This document shows positions 43,174-52,576 of a DNA stretch of 64,000 nucleotides, one piece after another. Under the pieces are notes generated by a model. That model did no database searches and was not told where the DNA came from. It worked only from the letters and a program-made list of their open reading frames with translations. The stretch covers positions 1,418,844-1,482,843 of the forward strand of contig NZ_CAXXDI010000001.1 in NCBI RefSeq assembly GCF_963668215.2, in the 5' to 3' direction. The position numbers and the translations under genes were made by a program. Source of the stretch: an uncultured Desulfosarcina sp. (GTDB lineage: Bacteria > Desulfobacterota > Desulfobacteria > Desulfobacterales > Desulfosarcinaceae). Numbering within the stretch: the first letter of the stretch is position 1; each line of letters begins with the position of its first letter.

Positions 43174-44739
43174 ATGATCGATTATCGTTCGTTCATCGGA
43201 GTTCTGATGGTTTTCGCCGCTTCGTTTCTCATAGCCATGCCGGCAGCGGCGGATTATGAATGCAGTAAGTGCCCGAAACGGGATGTCGCCGTTTTTGCCG
43301 TGACCGTCCCGCCCATCACCCAGGATGCCATGCTCAGCTACGGGGATTGGTTCATGATGCATCTGGCCAGCGGCGGCGTTTATGAAGCCCTGTTCGAGGA
43401 CGATCCCAGCAAGTCCTGCCTGAATTTCATCGAAGCCCAGATGGCGGTGGAGGGCTCCGATGCCGGCCATGCCTTCCAATACGGCATGGCCGGCATGGCG
43501 GCGCCCGAAGGCAGCATCACCCACGCGGACTACATCGTCACCGGTTCCATCGCCATTCCGCTGCTGGAACGCGATTACTTCATCACGCTCAGCGTCCAGG
43601 CGGCTGATTCCCGGGAAGTGGTGGCTACCGCAACCGAACCCTACGATGCCTCGATGGATTGGCACGATAACGGCGAGCGGATTGCCCGGCAGTTCATGCC
43701 CCTGATGGAGAAAATCCGCGATTTCGAAAGGCGCAAGCGCCGCGAGAGTCCGGCCGTGGCCATCTACATGAACGAGGAGGGTCTCACCGTGACGCCGGAT
43801 CGTGACTTCATCAAGACCCACGATACCGTAAAGGTGACCTATCGCCTGGTGGACTGCGACGGACAGCCCCTCAAGGTCCGTATCTTTGCGCCCTTTGCTA
43901 CGCTGGGCCGGCTGGATGTCAAACCGCCGCCGCAGACCGATGACAACGGCGAACTGGAGCTGGAATTCATCGCCGGCGGCAAAACGGGCACCGCCCTATT
44001 GACCGCCGAATTTCCCTATGTGCTGCCCTTCGGACGTGAGAATACAGGCGGCGGCGAAGGCCGCATTCGAATCGTGGACCATGCCCTGTGGGCCAGCGTG
44101 AAGGTTTTCCATGAAGGGCATGTCAACCAGGATGAGGAAGAGGACGGCCATATCGAAAAACAAAGCAACCACAACAGCCGGGCCTTTTCGGTATACATGT
44201 ATTTCGAGGATAAACCGTTTCGCGTCTATTATGCGGAAGGCAGCCTGACGCCCATCCGATTCAAACACCGACTGGCCGGCATCGTGCCCGGCCGATTCAA
44301 CTACACCAATTCGGGCAGCTCCTACGAGGCGCGCCGATCCATCGCCGGACTGGACTGGGAGATTAAAGCCTCCTACGCCAACATGACCCAAAGCGGTCCC
44401 ATCGGCCTCTACCAGGAAGATGCCGATTACCTCACTTACGAGATCGATCCCCAGAGCAAAAAGGTGACCCGCGTGACCTTGCCGGTGATCGATATGCATT
44501 ATACGGTCACCCACAACCGCACCTGCCAGAAAAAGGATTACTACCGGAATACCACCAGCGACTGCAGCGACACCTGGCATACCGAAGAGACCATCAGCAC
44601 AACGATGCCGGCCGAAAAGCGCTGCGAAGAGATCGCGGACGCCGGCCCGACCATGGCCGCCGGAAGATGCAAAATCCCCCGATCCGGGAAATACAGCACC
44701 GGCAGCACCACCTACGAATGGGAGTTTCATCGGGAGTAG
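43174..44739 (+). CDS. Exported multidomain hypothetical protein (TolB-N/CsgG-like region, Ig-like region, beta-rich C-terminus)
   Basis: Signal peptide ending AAA; ADYIVTGSI..ITLSV; VKVTYRLVDCDGQPL..TDDNGELELEF; multiple Cys. Confidence 0.65.
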   Translation: MIDYRSFIGVLMVFAASFLIAMPAAADYECSKCPKRDVAVFAVTVPPITQDAMLSYGDWFMMHLASGGVYEALFEDDPSKSCLNFIEAQMAVEGSDAGHAFQYGMAGMAAPEGSITHADYIVTGSIAIPLLERDYFITLSVQAADSREVVATATEPYDASMDWHDNGERIARQFMPLMEKIRDFERRKRRESPAVAIYMNEEGLTVTPDRDFIKTHDTVKVTYRLVDCDGQPLKVRIFAPFATLGRLDVKPPPQTDDNGELELEFIAGGKTGTALLTAEFPYVLPFGRENTGGGEGRIRIVDHALWASVKVFHEGHVNQDEEEDGHIEKQSNHNSRAFSVYMYFEDKPFRVYYAEGSLTPIRFKHRLAGIVPGRFNYTNSGSSYEARRSIAGLDWEIKASYANMTQSGPIGLYQEDADYLTYEIDPQSKKVTRVTLPVIDMHYTVTHNRTCQKKDYYRNTTSDCSDTWHTEETISTTMPAEKRCEEIADAGPTMAAGRCKIPRSGKYSTGSTTYEWEFHRE

Positions 44740-44797
44740 TTGGCGCCAGGGACGCCGCGGGAGCAGTTGCCGGAGCGGCTGTGATACACGTTCGCAA

Positions 44798-45634
44798 TTA
44801 AGAAGCCGCTTTTCTTGCGATCATGCGTTTCTCCTCCAAAGGGGGCGGCGGAACCGGTTCGTCCACGATCGTGCAGATGGCACCGAACTTCGGGGGGCAG
44901 ACATCGAGGCAGGTGCCGCAGTGGATGCATCGCTTTTGATCGATGACATGAATGCGGTTTTTCCTGCCGTCGATGGCATTGACGGGGCACCGCCGGCTGC
45001 AGATCATACAGGCCTGACAACGATCCGGATCGATATAAAACGACGGCACACTGCCGAGCAGTTCTTCGATCTCGTCCATGGTGTAAAGATCATCGTAGGC
45101 CGCAGGATTCTCGCGCAGGTGCAAGGAGAGTTTCTCCTTTTTCACCAGCTTGATATACGGAATCAAGCGGGTCACTGCGGCCAGGCCCGCTTCCAATTCA
45201 TCCGGTTTTTCACCCTCGGCCTGGCCGAGCGGTCCCAGCCCTTCGATCTCGCGGCTGAATTCGTTCATCAGATTGGCAAAGCGGATCCCTTCCCCGGCGG
45301 AGACCCATTCGATCCGCAACCGTCGCGGATCGACGCCCGCATGGGCAAGCAGTTTTTTGGCCAGTTGAACCATGCTCATGGCCTCGTAGTTGCCGTGGGT
45401 AATGTAGTGGCAGTCGTCGAGATGACAGCCCCCAACGAGCATGCCGTCGGCACCGTTGGAAAAGGCGTGGAAAATGTGCTTTATATCGGCCCTCGCGGAG
45501 CACATCACCCGGATCAGCCGGATATGCGGGGGATATTGAAAGCGCGACACGCCACATAAATCCGCGCCCCCGTAGCAGCACCAATTGCAGATAATCCCGA
45601 CGATTTTTGGCGGCAACGCGATCTTTGCACTCAT
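44798..45634 (-). CDS. mvhD: MvhD-type [2Fe-2S] subunit fused to C-terminal 2x[4Fe-4S] ferredoxin
   Basis: CNWCCYGGAD, RVMCSAR, GGCHLDDCHY, EWVSAGEG; CQACMIC..CP and CIHCGTC..CP. Confidence 0.9.
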   Translation of the reverse strand: MSAKIALPPKIVGIICNWCCYGGADLCGVSRFQYPPHIRLIRVMCSARADIKHIFHAFSNGADGMLVGGCHLDDCHYITHGNYEAMSMVQLAKKLLAHAGVDPRRLRIEWVSAGEGIRFANLMNEFSREIEGLGPLGQAEGEKPDELEAGLAAVTRLIPYIKLVKKEKLSLHLRENPAAYDDLYTMDEIEELLGSVPSFYIDPDRCQACMICSRRCPVNAIDGRKNRIHVIDQKRCIHCGTCLDVCPPKFGAICTIVDEPVPPPPLEEKRMIARKAAS

Positions 45635-45667
45635 AGCGGCAAGTTCTCCTTACGCACGCTTCAGGGT

Positions 45668-48600
45668 TTATGGATTGACGACGATTTCCGGCCGGAGCGC
45701 CGCACGGATCTGGTTCAACAGTGCATCATCGGTGTAATGTTTGAGCTGGATCGCCCCAGTGGGACAGCGGGCGTTGCAAAGTCCGTCGCCTTTGCAAAGC
45801 ACCGGATTGACCATCGCTTTTTCGCCCTGCCGGGTCTTCTTGATCGTGATGGCGCCGAAAGCACAGGCGCTGACACAGATCCCGCACCCCAGACACCGGT
45901 CCTCATCCACTTCACAGACGGAGCCGGAGGCGGCCACCGTATCGTTGGCCAGCAGGGTCAATGCGCGGCCGGCGGCGCCATATGCCTGGCTGATGGTTTC
46001 GGCGATCAGCTTCGGGTAGTGCGCTGTCCCGCACAGAAAAACGCCTTCGGCCCCGCAATCGACGGGCCGCAGCTTGGCATGGGCCTCCTGGAAGAAGCCG
46101 TCCGCGCCCAGAGTCGCCTTGAACCATTGGGCGGTTTCCCTGGCGTCGGAACGGGGAACGATGGCCGACGCCAGCACAAGCCAGTCGGCGTCGATGCCCA
46201 GCACACGGTCCAGGATCGGATCGGTCGCCCGAATCCGAAGCGTCGATTCTTGGCCCGTACCGGCCGATTCCACCGCAGGCATCCGCTCCGTTGTATAGCG
46301 GATAAAGCGCACCCCCTTGTCGGCCGCTTTTCGGTAGAAATCCTCCTTGAATCCGTAAGTCCGCATATCCCGGAAGAGAATGGTGACGTCCATTTCGGGA
46401 TTCAGGACCTTCAGCTGTAATGCCTGCTTGATTGACGTGCTGCAGCAGATCCGGCTGCAATAATTCCGATCCGCGGTGCGGCACCCGACACACTGGATCA
46501 TCACCACACTTTGCGCTGTGCGAAGATCCGCATCGGCGGCGGCGATCTTCTCTTCCAGTTGGAGTTGGGTGACGACCCGCGGATTCTGCCCGTACAGGTA
46601 TTCGGCGGGTTGATGAAGATCGGCACCCACGGCGATAACCGTTGCACCGTGCCGAATCTCGGCGCAACCCCGTTCGGATTCGATTCGGGTAACGAAGTTG
46701 CCCACGTAGCCGCCGGCATCGGTAATGACCGCATCCGTGTAAACATGAACCAAAGGGTGCCGGTAGACGCCACGGATGAGATCTCGCAGATGCGATTGGA
46801 CATCGAAGCCTTCCAGGGTGGTGTGAAGCCGACGGGCCATGCCTCCCAGTTCGGAATCCTTTTCCAGCAGGTAGACCTCATGTCCCTGCCCGGCGATGCT
46901 CAGCGCGCAAGTCAGGCCGGCAATGCCGCCGCCCACGACCAGCGCCCGGTTGTCCATGGGCAGATCGTATTCCTTGAGCGGTTCGAGGAAATGGGCCCTG
47001 GCCACCGACATGCGAATGATGTCCTTGGCTTTGCGGGTGGCGGCCGATCCCTCTTTCGAATGGACCCAGGAGCAATGCTCCCTGATGTTGGCCATGTCGA
47101 AATAGTAAGGATTGATCCCCGCTTCCCGCAGCGTGTCGCGAAACAGCGGTTCATGGGTCCGGGGGGTGCAGGCGGCTACGATTACGCGATTCAGCCCCCG
47201 TTCGCGGATATCTTCTGCCAGCATGGCGGCGGCTTCGGTGGAGCAGATGAAAAGATTTTCCTCGGCGTGAACCACATGGGGCAGGGTGCGGGCATAATCG
47301 ACCGTGGACGGCACATCCACGACGCGGCCGATGTTAGCACCGCAGTGGCAGACGTAAACGCCGATACGGGGCTCCTCGCGCGAGACGTCCCGCTCCGGCG
47401 GATAGACCCTGTCGCTGGATAGGTTCCCCCGCCGGTAATCGAGCCGCTGGCCGCACTGCGCGCCGCAGCCGGAGGCGGTAACCACTGACTCGGGAATGTC
47501 CATGGGCCCCTGGAAGGCACCGCCGACGAATATTCCCGGTCGCGTGGTTTCCATGGGGTTGAAAGGGTTTGTTCGGCAGAAGCCATGGCCGTTCAGTTGG
47601 ATGCCGAATATCCCGGCCAGTTTGTTGAAATCACGCGGCGGGGCCAACCCGACGGAGAGGACCACCATATCGAAGGTCTCCTCTTTCACGCCCTTGTCCG
47701 CAGTCGTATAGCGGATGGCGACATCCCCGGTATCCGGGTTCTGCCCGGCAATCGACGCATAACTCCTGATGAAGCGGACTCCCGGAAGCTGCCGGGCGCG
47801 TTCGAAGAACCGTTCGAACTCCTTGCCGTAGGCGCGAATATCGTTGTGGAAAACCGTGCAGCGGGCCTCGGCGTCGTGATCCTTGGTGAGAATGACCTGC
47901 TTTTGGGTATAGGTGCAGCACACGGCCGAGCAGTAGCTGTTTTCCCCGGAAGTCGCCTTGCGGGAACCGACACACTGGATCCAGGCGATGTTGCGGGGAT
48001 GGCGTTTGTCCGAACGCCGCAGGATCTCCCCCTCGTAAGGGCCTGTGGCGCACAGCAGCCGTTCGTAGTCCATGGCGGTGACCACGTTGGCCAGTTCGCC
48101 GTAACGATACGCTTCCCGCAGCCTCGGATCGAAGGGCGCATACCCCGGCGACAGGATCAGTGCCCCGACATTGACCGTTACCGTCGTTGCCGTCTGGCTG
48201 AAATCGATGGCATCGGTTTTACAGACGGATTCGCAGATTCGACAGGATCGATTTTTCAGGTAGAGGCAGCTTTGATCGATATACGGCTTGAGCGGAATGG
48301 CCTGGGCAAAATAGATGTGAATGGCCTTATTCGCCGATATCTCCTGATTAAACGGATCCGGATAGGTGGCCGGGCAGTATTCCGCGCAAACCGTGCAGCC
48401 GGTGCAGCGGCTCTCCACGATGTAGCGGGGCTTTTTCATCAGGGTAACGGTAAAGTCTCCCGCCTCGCCATCGACCTTTACGACTTCGGCATAGGTCATG
48501 ATCTCGATATTGGGATGCCGGTTGCATTCCACGAACTTGGGCGATTCGATGCACATGGAGCAGTCGTTGGTGGGAAACGTCTTGTCCAACTGGGCCATGT

Positions 48601-48769
48601 GACCGCCGATGGTCGGCGCCGTATCCACCAGAATCACCCTGAAGCCGGCGGTGCCCAGATCCAGCGCTGCCTGGATGCCGCTGATTCCGCCACCGACAAC
48701 CATCACGTCACCGAAATGCAGATGGTCCGGCAGGCATGAAACCGCATTGGCTGTGGGACTGTCTTCCAT
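45668..48769 (-). CDS. hdrA: Large HdrA-like FAD/Fe-S protein (heterodisulfide reductase subunit A family, duplicated FAD modules)
   Basis: VVGGGISG, LDKTFPTNDC, WIQCVGSR, CSAVCC, VAACTPRTHE, second VVGGGIAG, C-terminal ferredoxin; GGAG RBS before M26. Confidence 0.92.
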   Translation of the reverse strand: MEDSPTANAVSCLPDHLHFGDVMVVGGGISGIQAALDLGTAGFRVILVDTAPTIGGHMAQLDKTFPTNDCSMCIESPKFVECNRHPNIEIMTYAEVVKVDGEAGDFTVTLMKKPRYIVESRCTGCTVCAEYCPATYPDPFNQEISANKAIHIYFAQAIPLKPYIDQSCLYLKNRSCRICESVCKTDAIDFSQTATTVTVNVGALILSPGYAPFDPRLREAYRYGELANVVTAMDYERLLCATGPYEGEILRRSDKRHPRNIAWIQCVGSRKATSGENSYCSAVCCTYTQKQVILTKDHDAEARCTVFHNDIRAYGKEFERFFERARQLPGVRFIRSYASIAGQNPDTGDVAIRYTTADKGVKEETFDMVVLSVGLAPPRDFNKLAGIFGIQLNGHGFCRTNPFNPMETTRPGIFVGGAFQGPMDIPESVVTASGCGAQCGQRLDYRRGNLSSDRVYPPERDVSREEPRIGVYVCHCGANIGRVVDVPSTVDYARTLPHVVHAEENLFICSTEAAAMLAEDIRERGLNRVIVAACTPRTHEPLFRDTLREAGINPYYFDMANIREHCSWVHSKEGSAATRKAKDIIRMSVARAHFLEPLKEYDLPMDNRALVVGGGIAGLTCALSIAGQGHEVYLLEKDSELGGMARRLHTTLEGFDVQSHLRDLIRGVYRHPLVHVYTDAVITDAGGYVGNFVTRIESERGCAEIRHGATVIAVGADLHQPAEYLYGQNPRVVTQLQLEEKIAAADADLRTAQSVVMIQCVGCRTADRNYCSRICCSTSIKQALQLKVLNPEMDVTILFRDMRTYGFKEDFYRKAADKGVRFIRYTTERMPAVESAGTGQESTLRIRATDPILDRVLGIDADWLVLASAIVPRSDARETAQWFKATLGADGFFQEAHAKLRPVDCGAEGVFLCGTAHYPKLIAETISQAYGAAGRALTLLANDTVAASGSVCEVDEDRCLGCGICVSACAFGAITIKKTRQGEKAMVNPVLCKGDGLCNARCPTGAIQLKHYTDDALLNQIRAALRPEIVVNP

Positions 48770-48903
48770 GCTGTCGCTCCCTTTTCTGTTGTCCGGCGGC
48801 CTCGGTTCCTCCCCGAATCGCCGTGACCCCGTCGTTACGGACATGAATCTGTAAAAGCGAGCGGGATGACCGGAGCGAAGCGGCGACGCATCGCTGCATC
48901 AGC

Positions 48904-48950
48904 CGCCAACGAAAATCCACGTGCCGGGGGCAGTGGATGACACGTTATGA
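48904..48950 (+). other. Very short attC-like inverted repeat
   Basis: CGCCAAC-5nt-TCCACGTG-7nt-CAGTGGA-6nt-GTTATGA; box spacing is canonical but length is only 47 bp and the extra base is in an atypical position. Confidence 0.35.
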
Positions 48951-49178
48951 TGGAAACAGGAAAAAGGCGGGACTAACCGTCCCCCCGACACCGATCAACC
49001 CGATGGGTGTCTACACGGACACCCGCTTTCGGAAAACCTCAGGTAAATCCGATGTGGCGGAAGTTTGGGAGCATGATGACGTGAAATGTTTGAGGGTATA
49101 ACACATGGAACTGAATAGCCATTTTGTAGCTACATTAGCGCTATTTGAGTGCAAAGTCAATTGGTCAATACGGTTGCG

Positions 49179-49206
49179 TTGACAATAAATACCTAATTGG
49201 TATAAT
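49179..49206 (+). promoter_or_regulatory. Sigma70 promoter of the TA operon
   Basis: Perfect TTGACA-N16-TATAAT ending 9 nt before the toxin ATG. Confidence 0.8.
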
Positions 49207-49215
49207 TTATATACC

Positions 49216-49476
49216 ATGAATTTTGAATTTGACCCGAAAAAATCAGACAGCAATAAAAAAAAACACGGGATTGATTTTATTGCGGCCCAAGCGCTTTGGG
49301 ACGATATTGATTTATTAGAGATTCCAGCCAGAACAACTGATGAAGCGAGATTTCTGGTACTTGGCAAAATAGGCGAGAAACACTGGGCTGGGATTATTAC
49401 CTATCGCAATGGCAACATACGCATTATCTCAGTACGGCGTGCCAGGAATGAGGAAATTGAGATTTATGAAAGCTAA
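49216..49476 (+). CDS. brnT: BrnT-family toxin
   Basis: FEFDPKKSDSNKKKHGIDF..AQALW..E.RFLVLG..RIISVRRAR..E.EIYE. Confidence 0.9.
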   Translation: MNFEFDPKKSDSNKKKHGIDFIAAQALWDDIDLLEIPARTTDEARFLVLGKIGEKHWAGIITYRNGNIRIISVRRARNEEIEIYES

Positions 49477-49696
49477 AGACCTAGATAAAAAATTCGATGA
49501 GGGGAAAAGCATTATAGAACATCTTGACCTCTCCAAAGTAAGACGGCCGAACCAGGAGCAAAAAAGGGTTAATGTCGATTTCCCTCTATGGATGATTCAA
49601 TCGTTGGACAAAGAAGCAAAGCGTCTTGGTGTTCCACGGCAGTCGATTATTAAAATTTGGCTTGCTGAACGATTGAATAAATCCGCTGCCGGTTAG
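49466..49696 (+). CDS. CopG/RHH antitoxin (BrnA-like)
   Basis: Overlaps the toxin 3' end; MKAKDLDKKFDEG..KRVNVDFP.WMI.SLD.EA.RLGV.RQSIIK.WL. Confidence 0.88.
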   Translation: MKAKDLDKKFDEGKSIIEHLDLSKVRRPNQEQKRVNVDFPLWMIQSLDKEAKRLGVPRQSIIKIWLAERLNKSAAG

Positions 49697-49855
49697 GGTT
49701 CGCGCAAAAATAAATTCGCAGAATTGGGTGTTGAGTCGCCCGTCTGACAAGGCGCGAGAACGTAAGGCATATTTGGAATATTCCGACGTTTTCGCAACGC
49801 CGTCGGGCGGGATGAATCGACGACGAAAATGTGAATTTATTTTTGCGCGAGCCCT
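49695..49855. repeat. Intergenic palindromic MITE/REP-like element (copy 3)
   Basis: 26-bp imperfect TIR AGGGTTCGCGCAAAAATAAATTCGCA / TGTGAATTTATTTTTGCGCGAGCCCT; internal CAAGGCG, ATATT-TGG-AATAT, GCAACGC. Confidence 0.75.
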
Positions 49856-49881
49856 TAGTGGCCGAACCTGCCGTTTCGCAT

Positions 49882-51776
49882 CATACTTTCGACACCCCTT
49901 TTCCTTGAAACGAACTGAATTTATTTCCCAATGAGCCTGGAACGTTATAGGCTTTAACGTATTGATATTACGTTAAATGTTTATGCCTAGACTTTGTTAA
50001 TAATATCTGATAGTTATGCCCTCACGTGTTCAATATGAGCTTAGGGAGGGCAAAATGGAGAATCTGGTTCCCGATAATCTGACATTTTCAGAAGTCGGCC
50101 ATCTGCCGATCATCAAAGACTTCGCCAAAAAGATTGAGCTGGTCGAGACACTGGACACCCTGGTTGACAGCGAAATGGAACTCTCACCGGGAGTCGCTAT
50201 TCTGGCCATGGTGTTGGACACACTTTCGGGAAGAACCCCTTTGTACCGGATGGAAGAATTCTTTCAGGAGAAGGACACTGAATTGATGTTGGGTTGCGAT
50301 GTCAAACCGGAACTTTTCTGTGACTACAATATTGGCCGTGTGCTGGACAAGATCTTCGACACCGGCACACAAAAGGTGTTCTCGCAGATCGCTCAAAATG
50401 CCATTGGCGTGTTTGACGTCGATCCCCGTCGTTTACATTTCGATACCACCTCCATCAGTGTTTTCGGAGATTATGACTTTGTCGATCCACCACTTAAAAT
50501 CACCTATGGTCACAGCAAGGACAAGCGTCCGGATCTGAAGCAGTTTATCGTTTCAATGCTGTGCGTGGATCGGAACATCCCCATCTTGGGGACCACCGAA
50601 GACGGCAACGCTTCGGATAAAACGTTGAACAACGAACTTTTAGGAGGCGTCTCAAAGCACATGGCCCGGCACGGGCTTAAACCGGGAGCCTTCGTATACG
50701 TAGCGGACTCGGCTTTTGTCACGCCGGACAATCTCGAAAAATCGAGAGATAAAAACGTAAAATTCCTGACCCGGCTGCCAGCCACCTACAAGGAGTGTAG
50801 CCGTGCCATCTCCGAGGCCGTTATCGCCGAGAATTGGATTGATTTTGGCGAACTCAATCAGACACCGGCTACGAAAAAACGCCCTGCTGCGATTTACCGT
50901 GGATTTGAAACCACCGTAGAGCTCTATGGTGAAACCTACCGCGCCATCGTTGTGCACTCTTCCGCTCATGACAAACGTCGCCATAAGCGTATTGATCGAT
51001 TGCTTGAGCAAAAACGCAAAGATCTGGAAACCCACGGCAAAAAGATTAACGCAGGTCCCTTTTATTGCCGGGCCGATGCCGAGGCTGCAGCAGAAAAGAT
51101 CGGTAAAGCCACCCCAAACAGCTATCACAGACTACGGTATGAAATCAGGGAAAAGGCCAAATATCGCCGGGGAAGACCCGCCAAAGGAAAACCACGTACG
51201 CCCATCGGTTACGAATATCTTCTTGATGTCAAGATTGAAAAGGATACGGATGCAATCACTCCCTTGCGTCTTGAGGCCGGATGCTTTGTTTTATTAACCA
51301 ACCTGTCCGGGACCAAGGAGCAGGTCCAATGGCCCGCCGTTACTCTTTTGGAGTTGTATAAGAACCAGAGCGGTATCGAACAAAACTTCGGATTTTTGAA
51401 AGACCCGGTAATCGTCAACTCCATCTTTTTGAAAAAGCCGAAACGTATCGAAGTGCTTGGTTTGATCCTTGTAATCGCACTTCTGATTTGGCGCTTGATG
51501 GAGCGCTGTATGCGTCAACATCTGGAAAGAACGAAAAGCGAAATCAGCGGCTGGAAAAATCGCCCGACCAAGCGACCGACCTCTTTCATGATGACGACGA
51601 AATTCTTAAGCATACTGGTAGCGAAATCAGGAAAACGAAGACAACTGGTCAGGCCGTTAAAGCCTGTTCAGCTGGAATTTCTACAGGCTATGGGAGTTGA
51701 CCCGGAAGTCTTTATCAAACCGTAAAGGCAAAAATTAATTGCACGTAAAACTATTAACAGGGGTGTCGAAAGTACG
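49882..51776 (+). mobile_element. Complete IS1634-family insertion sequence
   Basis: 18-bp TIRs CATACTTTCGACACCCCT / AGGGGTGTCGAAAGTACG (1 mismatch); 6-bp direct repeat TCGCAT at 49876-49881 and 51777-51782. Confidence 0.92.
50055..51725 (+). CDS. IS1634-family DDE transposase
   Basis: LHFDTTS, YGHSKDKRPDLKQF, GNASD, YVADSA, Y..QSGIEQNFGFLK. Confidence 0.95.
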   Translation: MENLVPDNLTFSEVGHLPIIKDFAKKIELVETLDTLVDSEMELSPGVAILAMVLDTLSGRTPLYRMEEFFQEKDTELMLGCDVKPELFCDYNIGRVLDKIFDTGTQKVFSQIAQNAIGVFDVDPRRLHFDTTSISVFGDYDFVDPPLKITYGHSKDKRPDLKQFIVSMLCVDRNIPILGTTEDGNASDKTLNNELLGGVSKHMARHGLKPGAFVYVADSAFVTPDNLEKSRDKNVKFLTRLPATYKECSRAISEAVIAENWIDFGELNQTPATKKRPAAIYRGFETTVELYGETYRAIVVHSSAHDKRRHKRIDRLLEQKRKDLETHGKKINAGPFYCRADAEAAAEKIGKATPNSYHRLRYEIREKAKYRRGRPAKGKPRTPIGYEYLLDVKIEKDTDAITPLRLEAGCFVLLTNLSGTKEQVQWPAVTLLELYKNQSGIEQNFGFLKDPVIVNSIFLKKPKRIEVLGLILVIALLIWRLMERCMRQHLERTKSEISGWKNRPTKRPTSFMMTTKFLSILVAKSGKRRQLVRPLKPVQLEFLQAMGVDPEVFIKP

Positions 51777-51826
51777 TCGCATTAACGCAGCCCCTGGATC
51801 GGCCCGCTTGCAATACTCGCTTCCAT

Positions 51827-52561
51827 TCAAAGTGTCTCTGCCGTGCGGACAAAACCGGCGGCAAAGACCGTTCCCTGCTGAAAAAACCGGAAACGGATCG
51901 TATCGTTGTCCTTGACCAGCCCGCCCTGAACAGCCTGGACATCCCGGTCGATCTCCTTCAAGTACTGGATGCCCACTTCTCCGATGCTGCCGTCGGCCAC
52001 GCCCGAACGGTTGACCAGCGTGTCCAGGTAATCCAGATAGACCGTATTGTTCACGTGGCCGTTGGGATCGTAATCTCCCTCGCGGGTGGTAAGGGTCAGC
52101 GTCTGTTCCGGCTCGAAGGTCTTGTCCACGGCAAAATCGATGGCGCCGGATTCCAGTGCTTCGTCCGGCTCGTCGGTGTAAGGCGCCGATACCTTCTCCG
52201 GAATCTTGGCAATGCGTTTGCGGCCGATATCGTAGTAGAGCCATTGGCTGGCGGCGGCGGCAACCTGCTCATCCCCGCATGAAACGATAAAATCCCTGCC
52301 GGCCCGGAATCCGGCCGAACCTTTATGCCAGGTTCTCACGGTGAGCGGTTCCCGGTATCCGGGCATCCGCTGGATCTTTACCCGTATCCGGTTCAGGATC
52401 CAGACCGCACCGGCCGCGACCATGGTCTGGGTATCCAGGCCCACCGAATCCGAATGGTGCAGGGCCGCTCGCTGAAACCGCTGGAACAGCGCCGGCAGCT
52501 TCATGCGAAAATGCGTATCCACCTCTTCGTATTCCACAATGGATGTCTGCTCGATTTTCAT
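51827..52561 (-). CDS. Acyl-ACP thioesterase family (double hot-dog)
   Basis: YEEVD, WILNR, RDF, DYDPNGHVNNTVY. Confidence 0.88.
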   Translation of the reverse strand: MKIEQTSIVEYEEVDTHFRMKLPALFQRFQRAALHHSDSVGLDTQTMVAAGAVWILNRIRVKIQRMPGYREPLTVRTWHKGSAGFRAGRDFIVSCGDEQVAAAASQWLYYDIGRKRIAKIPEKVSAPYTDEPDEALESGAIDFAVDKTFEPEQTLTLTTREGDYDPNGHVNNTVYLDYLDTLVNRSGVADGSIGEVGIQYLKEIDRDVQAVQGGLVKDNDTIRFRFFQQGTVFAAGFVRTAETL

Positions 52562-52576
52562 GAAAGCCTCATGGTC

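Noticed and set aside
44798-48769. Selenocysteine recoding in HdrA/MvhD
   Set aside because: The ORFs are uninterrupted and the usual Sec positions (AACTP, WCCY) are Cys codons.
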